64,000 bases of DNA from a virus, in IMG/VR virus record IMGVR_UViG_3300023198_000559, positions 15,996-79,995 of that record. The stretch is one strand, 5' to 3'. A program made the position numbers and the translations under genes. Below the pieces are notes generated by a model that worked only from the letters and a program-made list of their open reading frames with translations, searched no databases and was not told the DNA's origin. Positions 36,601-47,600 of this stretch are shown here, piece after piece; within the stretch, counting starts at the first letter, position 1; the number at the start of each line of letters is the position of its first letter.

Positions 36601-38160
36601 GTTTATGCTATGTCCTCTAATGTATATGGAGACTTATCTTTAGCAGAATATATTAAAGTAGAAGAGTTTTACTTTGATAATAGTCCGGGGACAGAAGTTA
36701 CAGTATATGGTGGAGACACTTTCTTAACCAGATATGACTTTAATATAGGTGTGGGATTAGATGCTATAGATGGTAAAGTCCATGGTAATATAAGTACCTA
36801 TCTAGAAACTAGAGGAAATTATGCTTATAGACATTATGAAGCTCCTATAGTAGAAGGAGACACTACTACTGAAGGTACAATGCCTTATGCTCCTAAATTT
36901 AAACATTTACTAGCTGGAGAATTGGTTCCTACTTCATTAGGAATATGGAATTATGAATTATCTAAAGGGCCAGGTGAAGCTTATAATAAACAATATAATT
37001 TTGAGAATACAATAAATAAGTATTATCCAGTAGATGTTTTATTTGATGCAGTAGATATGTTTCCAAATAGAATTACCTATTCTGTTCAGTCGTTTGAGAA
37101 TGAAAAGTTTGATGCTTATAGAACTTTCTTAACTAATAATTTCCATGATATCCCAAAAGAAACAGGTGAGATTACTAATCTATTTGAGTATAATAGTATA
37201 TTGTACGCTCATACTCCTCACTCTTTATGGCATACTTTCGTGAATGAAAAAACTTTTGTAAACAGTAGTTCTGGTGAAATTGTATTAGGTAATGGTGGTT
37301 TATTCCCTATACCTTCAAAACAACTCTACACAGAAGAAGGAGGATTCGCTGGAACTTCTGCTAAATGGGGAGCAGCTAATACTCCATATGGTAGAATGTT
37401 TATAGATAATCATCAAAGGAAAGTATTTATTTTAGCAGATAAAGGAGTTAAAGAACTATCAGATCCACACCTATTTGTGTACTTTACTACTCTATTAGAT
37501 TCATCAGGGCCAGAAAACTATAAGATAGGATACGACCCACTAAATAAAAGGGCTATTCTTTCAATAGTCCCAACAACTACTTCAGTAGTAGGTACGTCGT
37601 TATCTTATGCTTTCGAATTACAATCTTGGTCTTCTATACATACTTATAGTGTGGATAGGTTTGCGACTAGGGATAATAAATTGATAGGTACTTCCGGAGG
37701 AGGTATTTATGAAATGGCCACAGGCCCATATAATAGTTACTTTGGTGAACTGTCTCCAAGTAAACTACAGTTTGTTATGAACGCATACCCAAGTACAACT
37801 AAAGATTTCTTAAATCTTAAGTGGATACAACGATATAAACAAGCTATATTTAGTGAAGTAACTGTTAAGACTGAAGACTTTACAACTGGTTTAGTGACAC
37901 CAATACTTGTTACTTCTTTTGCAGAAGAACAAAAATTCTTATCTTTGGGGGCACAACATGTTAATAAAGTAGGAGGAGAATATAGAATGACAATACCACC
38001 TGATAATAATCCAGACGTTATATACGTGGATGAGTTTTTCAGGCCTACAATTAAAGGAAAGTATGGAATAGTAGAATTAACTTATTTCCCTGATTTAGCT
38101 TTAAACTCTCCTTTAGAGTTAGAGTATATTGGAACAGAATTTTTAAAAATAGCAGAATAA
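33667..38160 (+). CDS. Tail stabilisation / muzzle protein (P22 gp10-like)
   Basis: NSFEKGLSKD, YFTDNNNIPRRIN, YQRDEVYSF, FYSPD, YGGDTF, WSSIHTY. Confidence 0.8.
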   Translation: MEIVNNSFEKGLSKDFSPGKQPIGTYLHAENIVRDIQGTVKSERGTILLAQVTNLTNPKIIGETVIGEEIIFFVVATEGSLITKLKADNTLENILFTGDGTAGTGSETTLVEKSIGGTSIDGYDEAYLEVAKTADTNLLVVGDSLTLSGFGDNGVFEIKSIHSVSGNKWQFIFTTLWHPPFDQTGTVTWYVEETVEVDSSETFVISPVGSSNPEEMSFAKSTSALYDLVFTLVGATVSVEMVYRSGGSGIGDPIQVDGIIEYSRSSKVLPESFRPTQAGGVELYSDGAVSSGYGFSISSTGVVAFTLLDSEFDTPRQVLFTGIKTYTSSGQATSTIPPSAEHPYLNFSYAYPIDVVSRKNHKGEIIIYFTDNNNIPRRINTSTFIDASNFDNETKLFLNPNLPRITGLEVVDGGGVTTGLYNFAARLGTITGNTTSFSQISNGIPVVNESQAVGELQYDGAPPQTVGGKTIKISIDNIDTTYQFIEIAAVTYTGEDNVLTANIIAKLPITTTSIVFEYYSDEQIVEAVLVEELAAEAIEYIKAKNLVQKDNFLFLANLQSNSFAGYDNLLQGVADDIEVYYEEKPDIQSATSLIYSATATPDPVYGSTLVDIKLDELIDTTFKNYKNPEYTDKYKTYQRDEVYSFALVPIFTGGIHGSAYHIPGWAANPTFDGAPGNEDTLRLRGWKNADDTYHHRMPSVEKSPPFTSDGIKQTFIPIGITFKEINFPESLLAILEGFTIVRQRRDRPNNGIIIAQGLAHNFYNGPNDALIPIPDNGKCDLKYLANGSQIDYDFYAQQDTWDNPYFAFYSPDIIHGLLDSSFFGNVSSLKQVSIKNLKEVASNNIGTTHLRHKTYGVYYCDFEDISVNPPTTGGLDPTDRSKLHVSQDLVTSFFYNIVPFQRDLAESITLPDGKIIRASGMSGKPVVFKLSSGKLIRDTQTFRGNMSSFVLTGTDIMVAPPTGVSWSTYTWQTTEINNVYAMSSNVYGDLSLAEYIKVEEFYFDNSPGTEVTVYGGDTFLTRYDFNIGVGLDAIDGKVHGNISTYLETRGNYAYRHYEAPIVEGDTTTEGTMPYAPKFKHLLAGELVPTSLGIWNYELSKGPGEAYNKQYNFENTINKYYPVDVLFDAVDMFPNRITYSVQSFENEKFDAYRTFLTNNFHDIPKETGEITNLFEYNSILYAHTPHSLWHTFVNEKTFVNSSSGEIVLGNGGLFPIPSKQLYTEEGGFAGTSAKWGAANTPYGRMFIDNHQRKVFILADKGVKELSDPHLFVYFTTLLDSSGPENYKIGYDPLNKRAILSIVPTTTSVVGTSLSYAFELQSWSSIHTYSVDRFATRDNKLIGTSGGGIYEMATGPYNSYFGELSPSKLQFVMNAYPSTTKDFLNLKWIQRYKQAIFSEVTVKTEDFTTGLVTPILVTSFAEEQKFLSLGAQHVNKVGGEYRMTIPPDNNPDVIYVDEFFRPTIKGKYGIVELTYFPDLALNSPLELEYIGTEFLKIAE

Positions 38161-39986
38161 TGAAAAGAAAATACCATGTTATTAATGGAACATTAGAAAA
38201 AAGGTTTAAACCTCGTAAATTTCAAAGCGGAGTACAAATGGTAGGCGCTCGTCCTACTCCTCCTAAGAATGATGTATGGGCAGACATTGGTGAGATTGGT
38301 TTATCTGCTGGTGCTGGAGTAGCAGGAGGTGCAGCCGCAGGACCTGCTGGTATGATTGGTGGTGGTATCGCTGGTTTCGCTACTGGTTTAGCGAGTGTAC
38401 TCTCTGGTAACAAAGCAGAACAAGAACAGTATGATGCTGAGTTTGATTTATGGACAGGACAACGAGGAGATATGTTACAAGGACAAATTGCAGACTCTAA
38501 CCAGATTGCACAACAACTCAATCAAAGTGCAAAGAAAGGGGTATACGCAACCGGTACGGAAGCAATTGAGGTAGAGAAGGATGAGCTTATATTTACTAAA
38601 ACTGAAACTGGTAAGTATGTTCTCAAAGCAGATTATCAAGGAGGTAAGACTCATAATAAAGGTGGAGAAGACTACCAGGCTGCAGATGGTGATATCATAT
38701 TCCCAGGTAAAGATCGTAAGAAAGTAATGAAGGCTTATAAGTCTCAAGACTTTCCTAAACTCGAATCTATGAGAATGAGTTTACCTAAAGATACTCAAGG
38801 TGGAAAAGCTAGGAATGGTTTAGATACAGACCCTAAACAACAGTATGCGGATATACAAGCACAAGTAAAAGCAGGTAAATTACCTCAGTCTTTTGCAGAT
38901 AATTTTTATGCTCAGAATGCTAATCAATTACAAGATACAAAGTATGATGTAAGTGGTGTTGATTTTGGAGACCAACGAAAAGGTTTTAATGTAGATACTG
39001 ACCCTGGTTTTAGAATGCGATTACAGCCTGATGGTTCATATAAACGAACATCTAGTGGATTAACTAGTAATCAAATGATTGAGGATTTAGAGGCAGCTAC
39101 GTTTAATGCTAGACGAGATAATCCTTTAATTGAATCTCCAGATCGAAGACCTTTCATTGGTGGTGATGATAGTACAGTACAACAAGGCGAAGGTGCTAAG
39201 GTAATTACGCCAGAAACTCCTGCAGGAGGAGGTGGAAAAGGTGTTAATCCTAATGCAAACATGCCTTCAGCAGCTATGATATTACAGACTGTACCAACGA
39301 GAGTAGGTTTAGGAGAAATAGCTCCAATGAGTAACTTTAAACCTGGAGGTATAGATGTACAAAGCGCTAACCAGATTGGAGCAAGTACACAACAACTAGG
39401 GGCTACTGCTGGCGACCCAGGTGGAGGCGGAGGCGGAGGTCTTGCAGCTGGATTGGGATATGCAGCTCAAGGATTATCCGCATTAACTAATTTATTCCCT
39501 GGAGAAGCTGAGGTACAGAGGTCACCAGAAGTACGATTAGATAGACTTAAGTATAAAGATACTTCTGCTCTTCTAAGACAACAATCTAAAGTAAATGAAC
39601 GTTTGCAAGCTTCTAATGCTAGAAACGTATCTGGAGGCAATGTTCAGAACTACTTAGCAAATAGACGTCAAGCAGGTATCTCTAATCTACGAACACAACA
39701 AGCTATTGATACTCAAGAGTATCAACGTAGATTAGGCATAACTGGTCAGAATGTACAAATTGCAAATCAAGAAGCATTATATAATAATCAATTATTACAA
39801 CAAGATCAACAAGTTAACGCAGCTAATAGATCAGCTCGTCAAAATATAATTAGACAAGGTATTGGACAACTAGGACAACTTGGTGGACAAATAGGGCAAG
39901 ATGCTATGGCACGAGAGAATCAAGCGTTGCTAGCTGAGGCAATAGGGTCTGGTCAGTATAGTGCATATGGAAAATTTAAAGGATAA
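38160..39986 (+). CDS. Internal virion cargo/ejection protein 1
   Basis: N-terminal Gly-zipper hydrophobic segment, EVEKDE..GKTHNKGG motif, Q-rich coiled-coil C-terminus. Confidence 0.65.
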   Translation: MKRKYHVINGTLEKRFKPRKFQSGVQMVGARPTPPKNDVWADIGEIGLSAGAGVAGGAAAGPAGMIGGGIAGFATGLASVLSGNKAEQEQYDAEFDLWTGQRGDMLQGQIADSNQIAQQLNQSAKKGVYATGTEAIEVEKDELIFTKTETGKYVLKADYQGGKTHNKGGEDYQAADGDIIFPGKDRKKVMKAYKSQDFPKLESMRMSLPKDTQGGKARNGLDTDPKQQYADIQAQVKAGKLPQSFADNFYAQNANQLQDTKYDVSGVDFGDQRKGFNVDTDPGFRMRLQPDGSYKRTSSGLTSNQMIEDLEAATFNARRDNPLIESPDRRPFIGGDDSTVQQGEGAKVITPETPAGGGGKGVNPNANMPSAAMILQTVPTRVGLGEIAPMSNFKPGGIDVQSANQIGASTQQLGATAGDPGGGGGGGLAAGLGYAAQGLSALTNLFPGEAEVQRSPEVRLDRLKYKDTSALLRQQSKVNERLQASNARNVSGGNVQNYLANRRQAGISNLRTQQAIDTQEYQRRLGITGQNVQIANQEALYNNQLLQQDQQVNAANRSARQNIIRQGIGQLGQLGGQIGQDAMARENQALLAEAIGSGQYSAYGKFKG

Positions 39987-39991
39987 TAAAG

Positions 39992-41611
39992 ATGACAGTA
40001 AATAGATTTAGTAAACCAGTAAACAATAGAGTAATATCACAGTTCGTACCTCAGGATATGAGACTACTAGCGTCTATGGTTCAACAAAAACAACAACGTT
40101 ATGATATAGCATCTCAACGTCAAGAGGCTATCCAGGATAAGTTAAGTACTTTATCCGGGGTAGGAAATTCAGATTTAGGTATTCTTAATGAGGCTGGTAC
40201 GGCCATGGATGAGTTATCGAAAGAGTACGCAGGCAAAGACTTAGCAGATCCAAGGATAGCTAAAGAATTTATGTCTCGTTCTAAAGGAATAATTAATAAT
40301 CCGTTAATCAGAGCTACTCAACAAACAGCTGCATCTGTAGCTAAGCACAAAGAAGATCAACAAAAGGCAATGCTGGCCGGAACGTATAGAGAAGAGAATG
40401 ATCCATTTGCTCAACAACTACAGGCCTATGAAGAGGCAGGTGGTGCAAAAGGCGGTGCATTAGGTTATGGTGGTATAATGAAAGGAGTTGATGAGGATGC
40501 AGAGATGTCGAAACTCTTTAATAATATGCCTAAGTCTGGATGGAAGAACTATGCAATGATAGGTGATAAGATTAAACAAGTAGGGTATGAAGGTATTAGT
40601 AATCAACGTATGTTTGGAGACCCTAATAATCCTAACAGTAGTGGTATGGTAGGTACTCAATTTGGTGCTCATTGGAATAGCGCAGCCGGGCAACAGCAAC
40701 GACGTCGTTTCCAAATGCTTGAAAGTAGAGGTCAAATTCCTGAGGGAATGACAGCTGAGGAATATGTATTAGGTCACTTAACTTCTAAAGCTCAAGAGTT
40801 TGTAGGAGGTATAACTACCGGTGGTGGTATAGGTGCTCTTGCAGGAGGCGGAGCAACAACTGGTGGTACTAAAGCTAGTCCTAAGTTTGTAGGTCCTATG
40901 GCAAAGAAAATGGCAGATCTAGATTTAGATTTTGATGACGAAGGTAATGCTACAGGATCTGGAAGTACAACCTGGAAAGACTGGATGTCTGGTAAAACAG
41001 ACAAGAGTTGGTGGGAGATTCTTACAGCTGATGATATGACTGAAGAAGAAAAGGAAGCAGCTCAACCTGTATTTATAGCATCTAAGATGTATGGTATAAA
41101 TAATGAGGATGCTGCTAGGGAGTTAGATATTACTGTATCTCCTAAGTATACGCCTTATAAAAAGCAAGCAGACAAAGCTTTAGCACAAAAAGAATTCGAA
41201 CAAAAAGGTTCAGGACATTATAGTGCAATGACTGTATATAGCCAGGATGGCGTAAAGACAGGAACAGGGCAAGAGGTATTTAAGGCTGCAGGTCTTGTAG
41301 ATGCCGATGGTTTGTATGACCCAGATAGAGCTAAAAAAGTAGGTGTAAACGTACTTGGAGCGCATGATCCAAATACAGGACTAACTCCTGCAGGATTACA
41401 TGTGGTAATTGGCGGAGAAACCTTTATATTTGCAGAGACAACTTTTTCACCAGAAGAACAGAAGGCTGCATGGAACGCAGACTTACGTAGTGGAGGAGTG
41501 AATCAAGCTGATGACGGTACTTATTATGTGTATAATAAAAATAAACCTCAAGGACAACGCTATGGGGTTTGGGATACAGAGACCCAAGATATTAACTATT
41601 TCGAAAAATAA
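39992..41611 (+). CDS. Internal virion cargo/ejection protein 2
   Basis: NRFS..SQFVP N-terminus, coiled coil; lies before the RNAP gene. Confidence 0.6.
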   Translation: MTVNRFSKPVNNRVISQFVPQDMRLLASMVQQKQQRYDIASQRQEAIQDKLSTLSGVGNSDLGILNEAGTAMDELSKEYAGKDLADPRIAKEFMSRSKGIINNPLIRATQQTAASVAKHKEDQQKAMLAGTYREENDPFAQQLQAYEEAGGAKGGALGYGGIMKGVDEDAEMSKLFNNMPKSGWKNYAMIGDKIKQVGYEGISNQRMFGDPNNPNSSGMVGTQFGAHWNSAAGQQQRRRFQMLESRGQIPEGMTAEEYVLGHLTSKAQEFVGGITTGGGIGALAGGGATTGGTKASPKFVGPMAKKMADLDLDFDDEGNATGSGSTTWKDWMSGKTDKSWWEILTADDMTEEEKEAAQPVFIASKMYGINNEDAARELDITVSPKYTPYKKQADKALAQKEFEQKGSGHYSAMTVYSQDGVKTGTGQEVFKAAGLVDADGLYDPDRAKKVGVNVLGAHDPNTGLTPAGLHVVIGGETFIFAETTFSPEEQKAAWNADLRSGGVNQADDGTYYVYNKNKPQGQRYGVWDTETQDINYFEK

Positions 41612-41614
41612 AAG

Positions 41615-44600
41615 ATGACAAACCCTAAAGACCTTGTTAAAAGTTTAAACGCTGCTGATACTTTACCTGATCCAAAAACACAAACGCCGGAACAGGTTGT
41701 AAAAGAGTTGAATGCTCTTCCGGACTATGGTCCAGGACGAGTATCTCAAGGTAGTGCTATTATAGATTCTACAAAAGGAATTGATCATAGCTTTCTTGAT
41801 GTAGAGACTCCATTTGGTATTTCTTTACCTGAACAACGAGCTAAGAACCAAACTACTACAGATAAATGGTTATCTGGTGGTATTAAAGGTTTAAGTACGT
41901 TTGTTACTGCTACTGGTCAAACAGCAGGAGCTGTAGGTGGTGGTATTGCTGCAACTGCAATGATGGCTTTAGGAAATGATTTTGATTCTGACTTAATGTT
42001 TAAGAACCCTGTTCTTGACTTTTTTGCTAAGTGGAATGAAACAGTAAAAGAGCGTAACCCTAATTATTACTCTGAAGCAGAAGTGAATGCTTCTGTTATA
42101 GCAGGTATGGGTACAGCTAACTTCTGGTCTGATAAATTTCTAGATGGTGTAGGTTTTATGGCCTCTGCTATTATGACTGGTTATGGGGCTGCTAAGTTTG
42201 GAGCACAACTAGGTATTAATGTAGCTGGTAAAATAGGTTCCGGGTTTAATACTCTACAAGCTGCATTGGTAGGTAGAACAGGTGAGTCTGCTATTGAAGC
42301 TAATGATGCGTACGAACAAACACTAGAGAAACTAAAAGCTTCTAGACTCCTAGGAGAACATAATCTTACAGATGAGGAAATAGAAGACAGAGCTAAAGAC
42401 GCTAGAGCTGCTACGTTTGGATTTAACATGGCGATAGCAGTAACTGACGCGTATCAATTTGGTAAGATCTTCAAGACTATCGAGGGTCAAGCAGTTAAGA
42501 GAAGTCTGTTTGGTGGTTCTAGAGTAGGACATGCTGCAGAACAAGTACTTATAGAATCTCAAGAAGAGAACTATCAGTTGGCTGTAGCTGACATGGCTAT
42601 TAATATGGCTAATAATGTAACTGCTAAAGGTACGAATGCTAACGCACGAGACTACTTTAATAATGTAGTTGGTGGTATGATGGATAACTTCAGTACTAAA
42701 GAAGGACAAGAATCAATGTTACTTGGTGGTCTTCTTGGTGGAGGTATGGGTCTAGCAATGCATTCAAATGATCGTACTAAGCAAATGAATAGGAACGTTC
42801 CTGAGGAAATCAAGAAACGTAATAATAAATTAATGTCCGTATTCAATAAGGATGTGGATGCAAATTACTTAGAAAGGCTCGCCGCTACTCAAAATGATGG
42901 TATCGTAGAAGGCCTGGCTAAGAATCTACAGTTAATAAACCTTACTCTATCTAAGATATCAGAAGGTACTTACGACGAGTTCATCACAGAATTAGATGAG
43001 ATGGCTAAGCAAACTCCGGAGCAGTTCAAGGAGATTGGTGTTACAGTAACTGCGAAAGATATTAAACAACAACATTCAGATGCTAAAAATCTAATAGAGA
43101 ACTACAAAGCATTATATGACGCTATGGATCCTAAGGTCTTTGACTTGAAACAAGATAACGCGTATGAAGCTATTAAGGCTAATCTATTCTATGTTACTGC
43201 TGCACGTAATGACATCAGAACACAGTTACAACAAGTAGGCCCTTATGTAGCTGCTGTAAATGTAGCTTTAAAAGTTGAGCCTGAATTAGCCATGGACGAA
43301 CCTTTTCAAGTAGGTAAAGACCAGGTAATCCCACAGAAGGTAATAGAAGCTCAAGAGAAATTAGTAGAGAACAGAGATGCTCTTACTAAATATATTAATA
43401 GAGTTAAGACCGGTAAGAAATTACAGAAAGAAATAGTTGATGCGTATAACCAAGCACAAGAGGTTCCAACTCCTGTTCCTACGCCAAAGCCTAAAGCAGA
43501 CCCTGAAATAGGGAGTATCCAAAAAGTTGGTAAAGAAGGAGTTCCTTCTAAGAATATCCCTTTCACAAAAGCTGTTCAGCTTGAGGATGGTTCTACTAAT
43601 TATACTATAACTGACACTGAAGGTTTAGAGACTATTATCAATGACCAAAAAGATAGCTACACCTTAGTTGGTTACAAAGGAGAATTCAGAGGTGAACGCC
43701 AGGAGTTAAACAATAACGAAAGGTATAACTTCCTGCAAGTATTCGAAAACTTTGTCTCAGAAGAAGATCTTAGTAGACTCCAAGAAATTCTATCTTTCCC
43801 TAACTGGAAAGAGAATATTCGTATTACCGCGAATAAGCAAAATACAGGTAACGTTCTAGAAAGGATTAAAAACTTCATTGCCCAAAAAGGCACAACTACA
43901 GATATAGACAATGTTTATAGAACTGCAGTAGTAGGAGATAATCCCATGTACTTAGTTCCTTCATCTTTCATTCAAATTGAAATGCAGATTAAAGATAAGG
44001 ATGGCAACTGGACTCGCATGGGACACCCTGGAGCAGACCCTTTCAAGTGGAGAGATAAAAATGGTGTTGCATTGAACTTCTCTAGTATGACACTAGAAGA
44101 ATTTAAAGACAAATTTGTATTCAAACAAGGTACAGCCACTGCAGGAGTTTTAATAGAGCCTACACAAGCTAGTCTTGAACAACTTCAGAGAGAGCAAAAG
44201 GAATCTATTAAGGTTTATAATGCTATTAATGACTGGTACGAAAAGAATGGTTTCTCAGATTTACGAGAGATTCCAGAAGGTTTCGTAAAAATGTTTACAC
44301 GCAAGATGGGATTTGCTTTCACCAAAGTAGGTGAATGGACTAAGGCTAAAGACTTTGAGTTAGACGAAGGTATTACTAGTATTCTAAGAGATAATAATGA
44401 GAATTATGTTATCATTGATATGAATACCGGTAGAAGTATTGTAGATGGTAAGAAGTATGACGTACCTGCTCACATTAGAAAAGAGCTGGGTAATACTCGT
44501 TACATTACTAAAGTAAACCATCCAACAATCGATGACCTTTATATCAAAGCAGCACCTGGACAATTAGATGGCCAGGACGCTCGAGACTTCATTGAGCAAC

Positions 44601-47600
44601 TTACTAAAGTAAGAGAGAATCCTACACAGGATGGTGCTGACGCATTAAACGAAATTCTATATGTAGCTTATCAAGGCAACTGGAACTTTAAGTTTGATGT
44701 GCATACAATCAAAGGAACGAAGACTCCTAAGTTAGTGGTGGACGTATTTAATGACCAGTTAGGAGAATCCTATAAGAATATTGCCCTTCCTATTAATATA
44801 AGTTCTCTTGGAACACTTCAAAGTCTTATTGAAGATGGAACGGATGGAGCTATTACTTTAGGGCGATTCGCTTTCAAGAAGCATATTGCGAAAGATAAAC
44901 TTACCAACGAAGAGGTTGAGAGGAAATTCACATTTAATACTACACCGGAAATTGTTAACGGGATTAATATTCAGTTTAAATTCAATGAACAAGCTCCAGT
45001 AGAATCTGTAACTAAAACTCCTGCAAAGGATGTTTATGATGATACAGAGAGAGGTGACTTTGTACGTGCAAAAGCTAAAGTAGAAACAGAAGATAAAGCT
45101 AAAGCTCAAACTGCTGTTGGAAAGAAAGGTAATAATGGTCCAGTCTTCAAACAATCTACAGAAAAAGCTAGTGAGGTAATTCATTACAACCAGGCTTTAA
45201 AATGGTTAGAAAAGATTCTACCTAAAGGTATCTCAGTAGCAGATATGGCTACAGTTACAGAGAACTTAGAGACTCAAGGATATACCTGGGGAATGTTCGC
45301 TAACAAAGTTATTTATCTATCTACACAGGCACAGCAAGGAACTGAAGCTCACGAGGCTTTCCACGCTATCTTTAGAATAATGCTTACAGAAGGCGAACGT
45401 GCTAAGTTATATACTATAGCTCAAGCTAAGTGGGGGAAAGGAAAAACTCCTCTTTTCTACGAAGAGAAAATGGCTGACGAATTCATGGCCTGGAAGAATG
45501 CTAGGAATCGTAGAGTATCAGGTGTATTACAGTCCTTCTTTAATAAAATTACACAGTTTGCTAAGTTCATTACCGGTAGAGAATCTGAACTAGAAAGACT
45601 CTTCAGAAAGATTGATACTGGAGCCTTTACTAATAAGGAACTCCTTAATCATCAAACACATGTATACGATGCTCCGGTATACAAATTACTTAACGGAGGA
45701 GATCACTATAAGATGAGTGTAGTAAAGAGTGAGAACATTCTTTACAGTACAGCTGCTTATGTACTTGAGCAACTAAACAACAAGATGGAATATACCAACA
45801 TCCCTAATGCAGTTAAGAAACTCACTACAGACTATATGTTTGCACAGAGTACTAACTATGACATTGACATGGATGTTAATAAAGAAATTATCGCCGCTTC
45901 TGATGATAAGTACATCAAAGAGAAAATGGCGGAACTAGAAGCTATCTATCAGAATCAAGAAAACATTGACTTGGTTGTAGCTGAAGTACTTAAACTTGTA
46001 CGTACATATGAAATTCGTTCTATCGATACTATCATAGACGAACAAGATGACACTGAAGAATCCTTCAAAGCTTTTGATATCCATCAAGGTGAGCACGGAG
46101 GTTGGGCCAATGTAGCTAAAGAGATTAAGCAGTTTATTGCTTTGACTACCTACAATACCCTGGATGAGTTTAATAAACACATTACTAAGTCAATTGATTT
46201 TGTTTTAGTCTATGGTGCACTTCAAAGAAGACTTGCTGGTAAGAGTAGAGCTCAACAATTATTATCCTTCGAGTCATTCGCTCGTACAGACCAGCAGGTC
46301 AATGCACTATGGAATAAGTTCTTAGTTGAAACCGGGTATGACCCAACAACTGGAACTAAGACTAATGAGATGATGTTCAACAGATTCTTGAACACCTTTG
46401 AATTAGAGAGTATGGACTACATGCAGTCTCTAAGAGTAAAGGACAAGGATGGTAGTCTTAAGCTGATTAATATGTCAGCTAATAGAGCTAACGCTGAAGT
46501 TATTCATTTCGAGAATTGGGAAAGAAAAGCTAGTGAATACAATATCTTTGCAGACCAAAGTAAGAAAGACGATTTAGCAGAAGAATTAATCTTTGACGCA
46601 GCTGTTGGATTTGGAGTAGATACTTCAGGTGTAAACAAGCAAAACTCAATGGAGTTCTTTGAAGAGCACATACGTCAAATTATAAGTACGTTTGGAAAAC
46701 TGGGTATTGACTTATCTGAAGGTTATGTTTTAGAGTCTCTTGAAGAGGTTCATAATATTGGAACTAAACTCGAAGGAGTTGACTCTGATAGACAATACAG
46801 AATGTTAGAAGAGCAAGACCTTCTTGAAATTGCAAATCTTCTTAAAAAGGGAGACAATATCTTTGCTCAAAAAATAGATAAGGATGGAAACATACTTGAG
46901 AAGACAGGTGCTCGTGGTCGATTAATAGCTATGGCCTCTGGAGATATTCACTATCGTACAGATATCTATGATGCTAACTTCCAGGATGCTGAGAACAAGT
47001 CACGTTACGCATTCGTATATCCTTCTTATATTCTAACTAAGATTAGAGACAAACACAATATTACTGAAGCGGAACTTCAAGAATTAAAAGAAGATCCATA
47101 TTTCAAATACAATCCTTTAGTACAGTCTGCTAAATCTGCGGATTGGTTCCTAAACCTTAAAGCAGCATTCACTGGAGATTACAGGGATACTGTCGAAGAT
47201 AAGGATGGAAAGACTTTCAAAAGTACCACTCCGAAAGACTTGCTATTATCGTGGTATGGGTTGTACAATAAGAATAAAGAGTATTCATATTATACTCCAA
47301 TGATTTATGAAGCCAAGTCAACTTCTATTTCTGTCAATCTACCTAATAATGTAAATGATGGCAAAAGTTGGGTGGACAAGAAAGGTGAGGTAACTAATGA
47401 GACAATCAAGTATTTCATTAATACAATGTTCATGCAGGAGCATGCTCGTATTAAGGGCGATACCGGGATTACATTCATTGAACGTAAGAAGAACCCATGG
47501 GTAACTCTTCCGTATTTTAATGGCCTAAAGAACAAGGGAAACTATATTACTGAATACTCTCAACAAGACATCATCGATAATAAAGATGGTGTAAGAATAA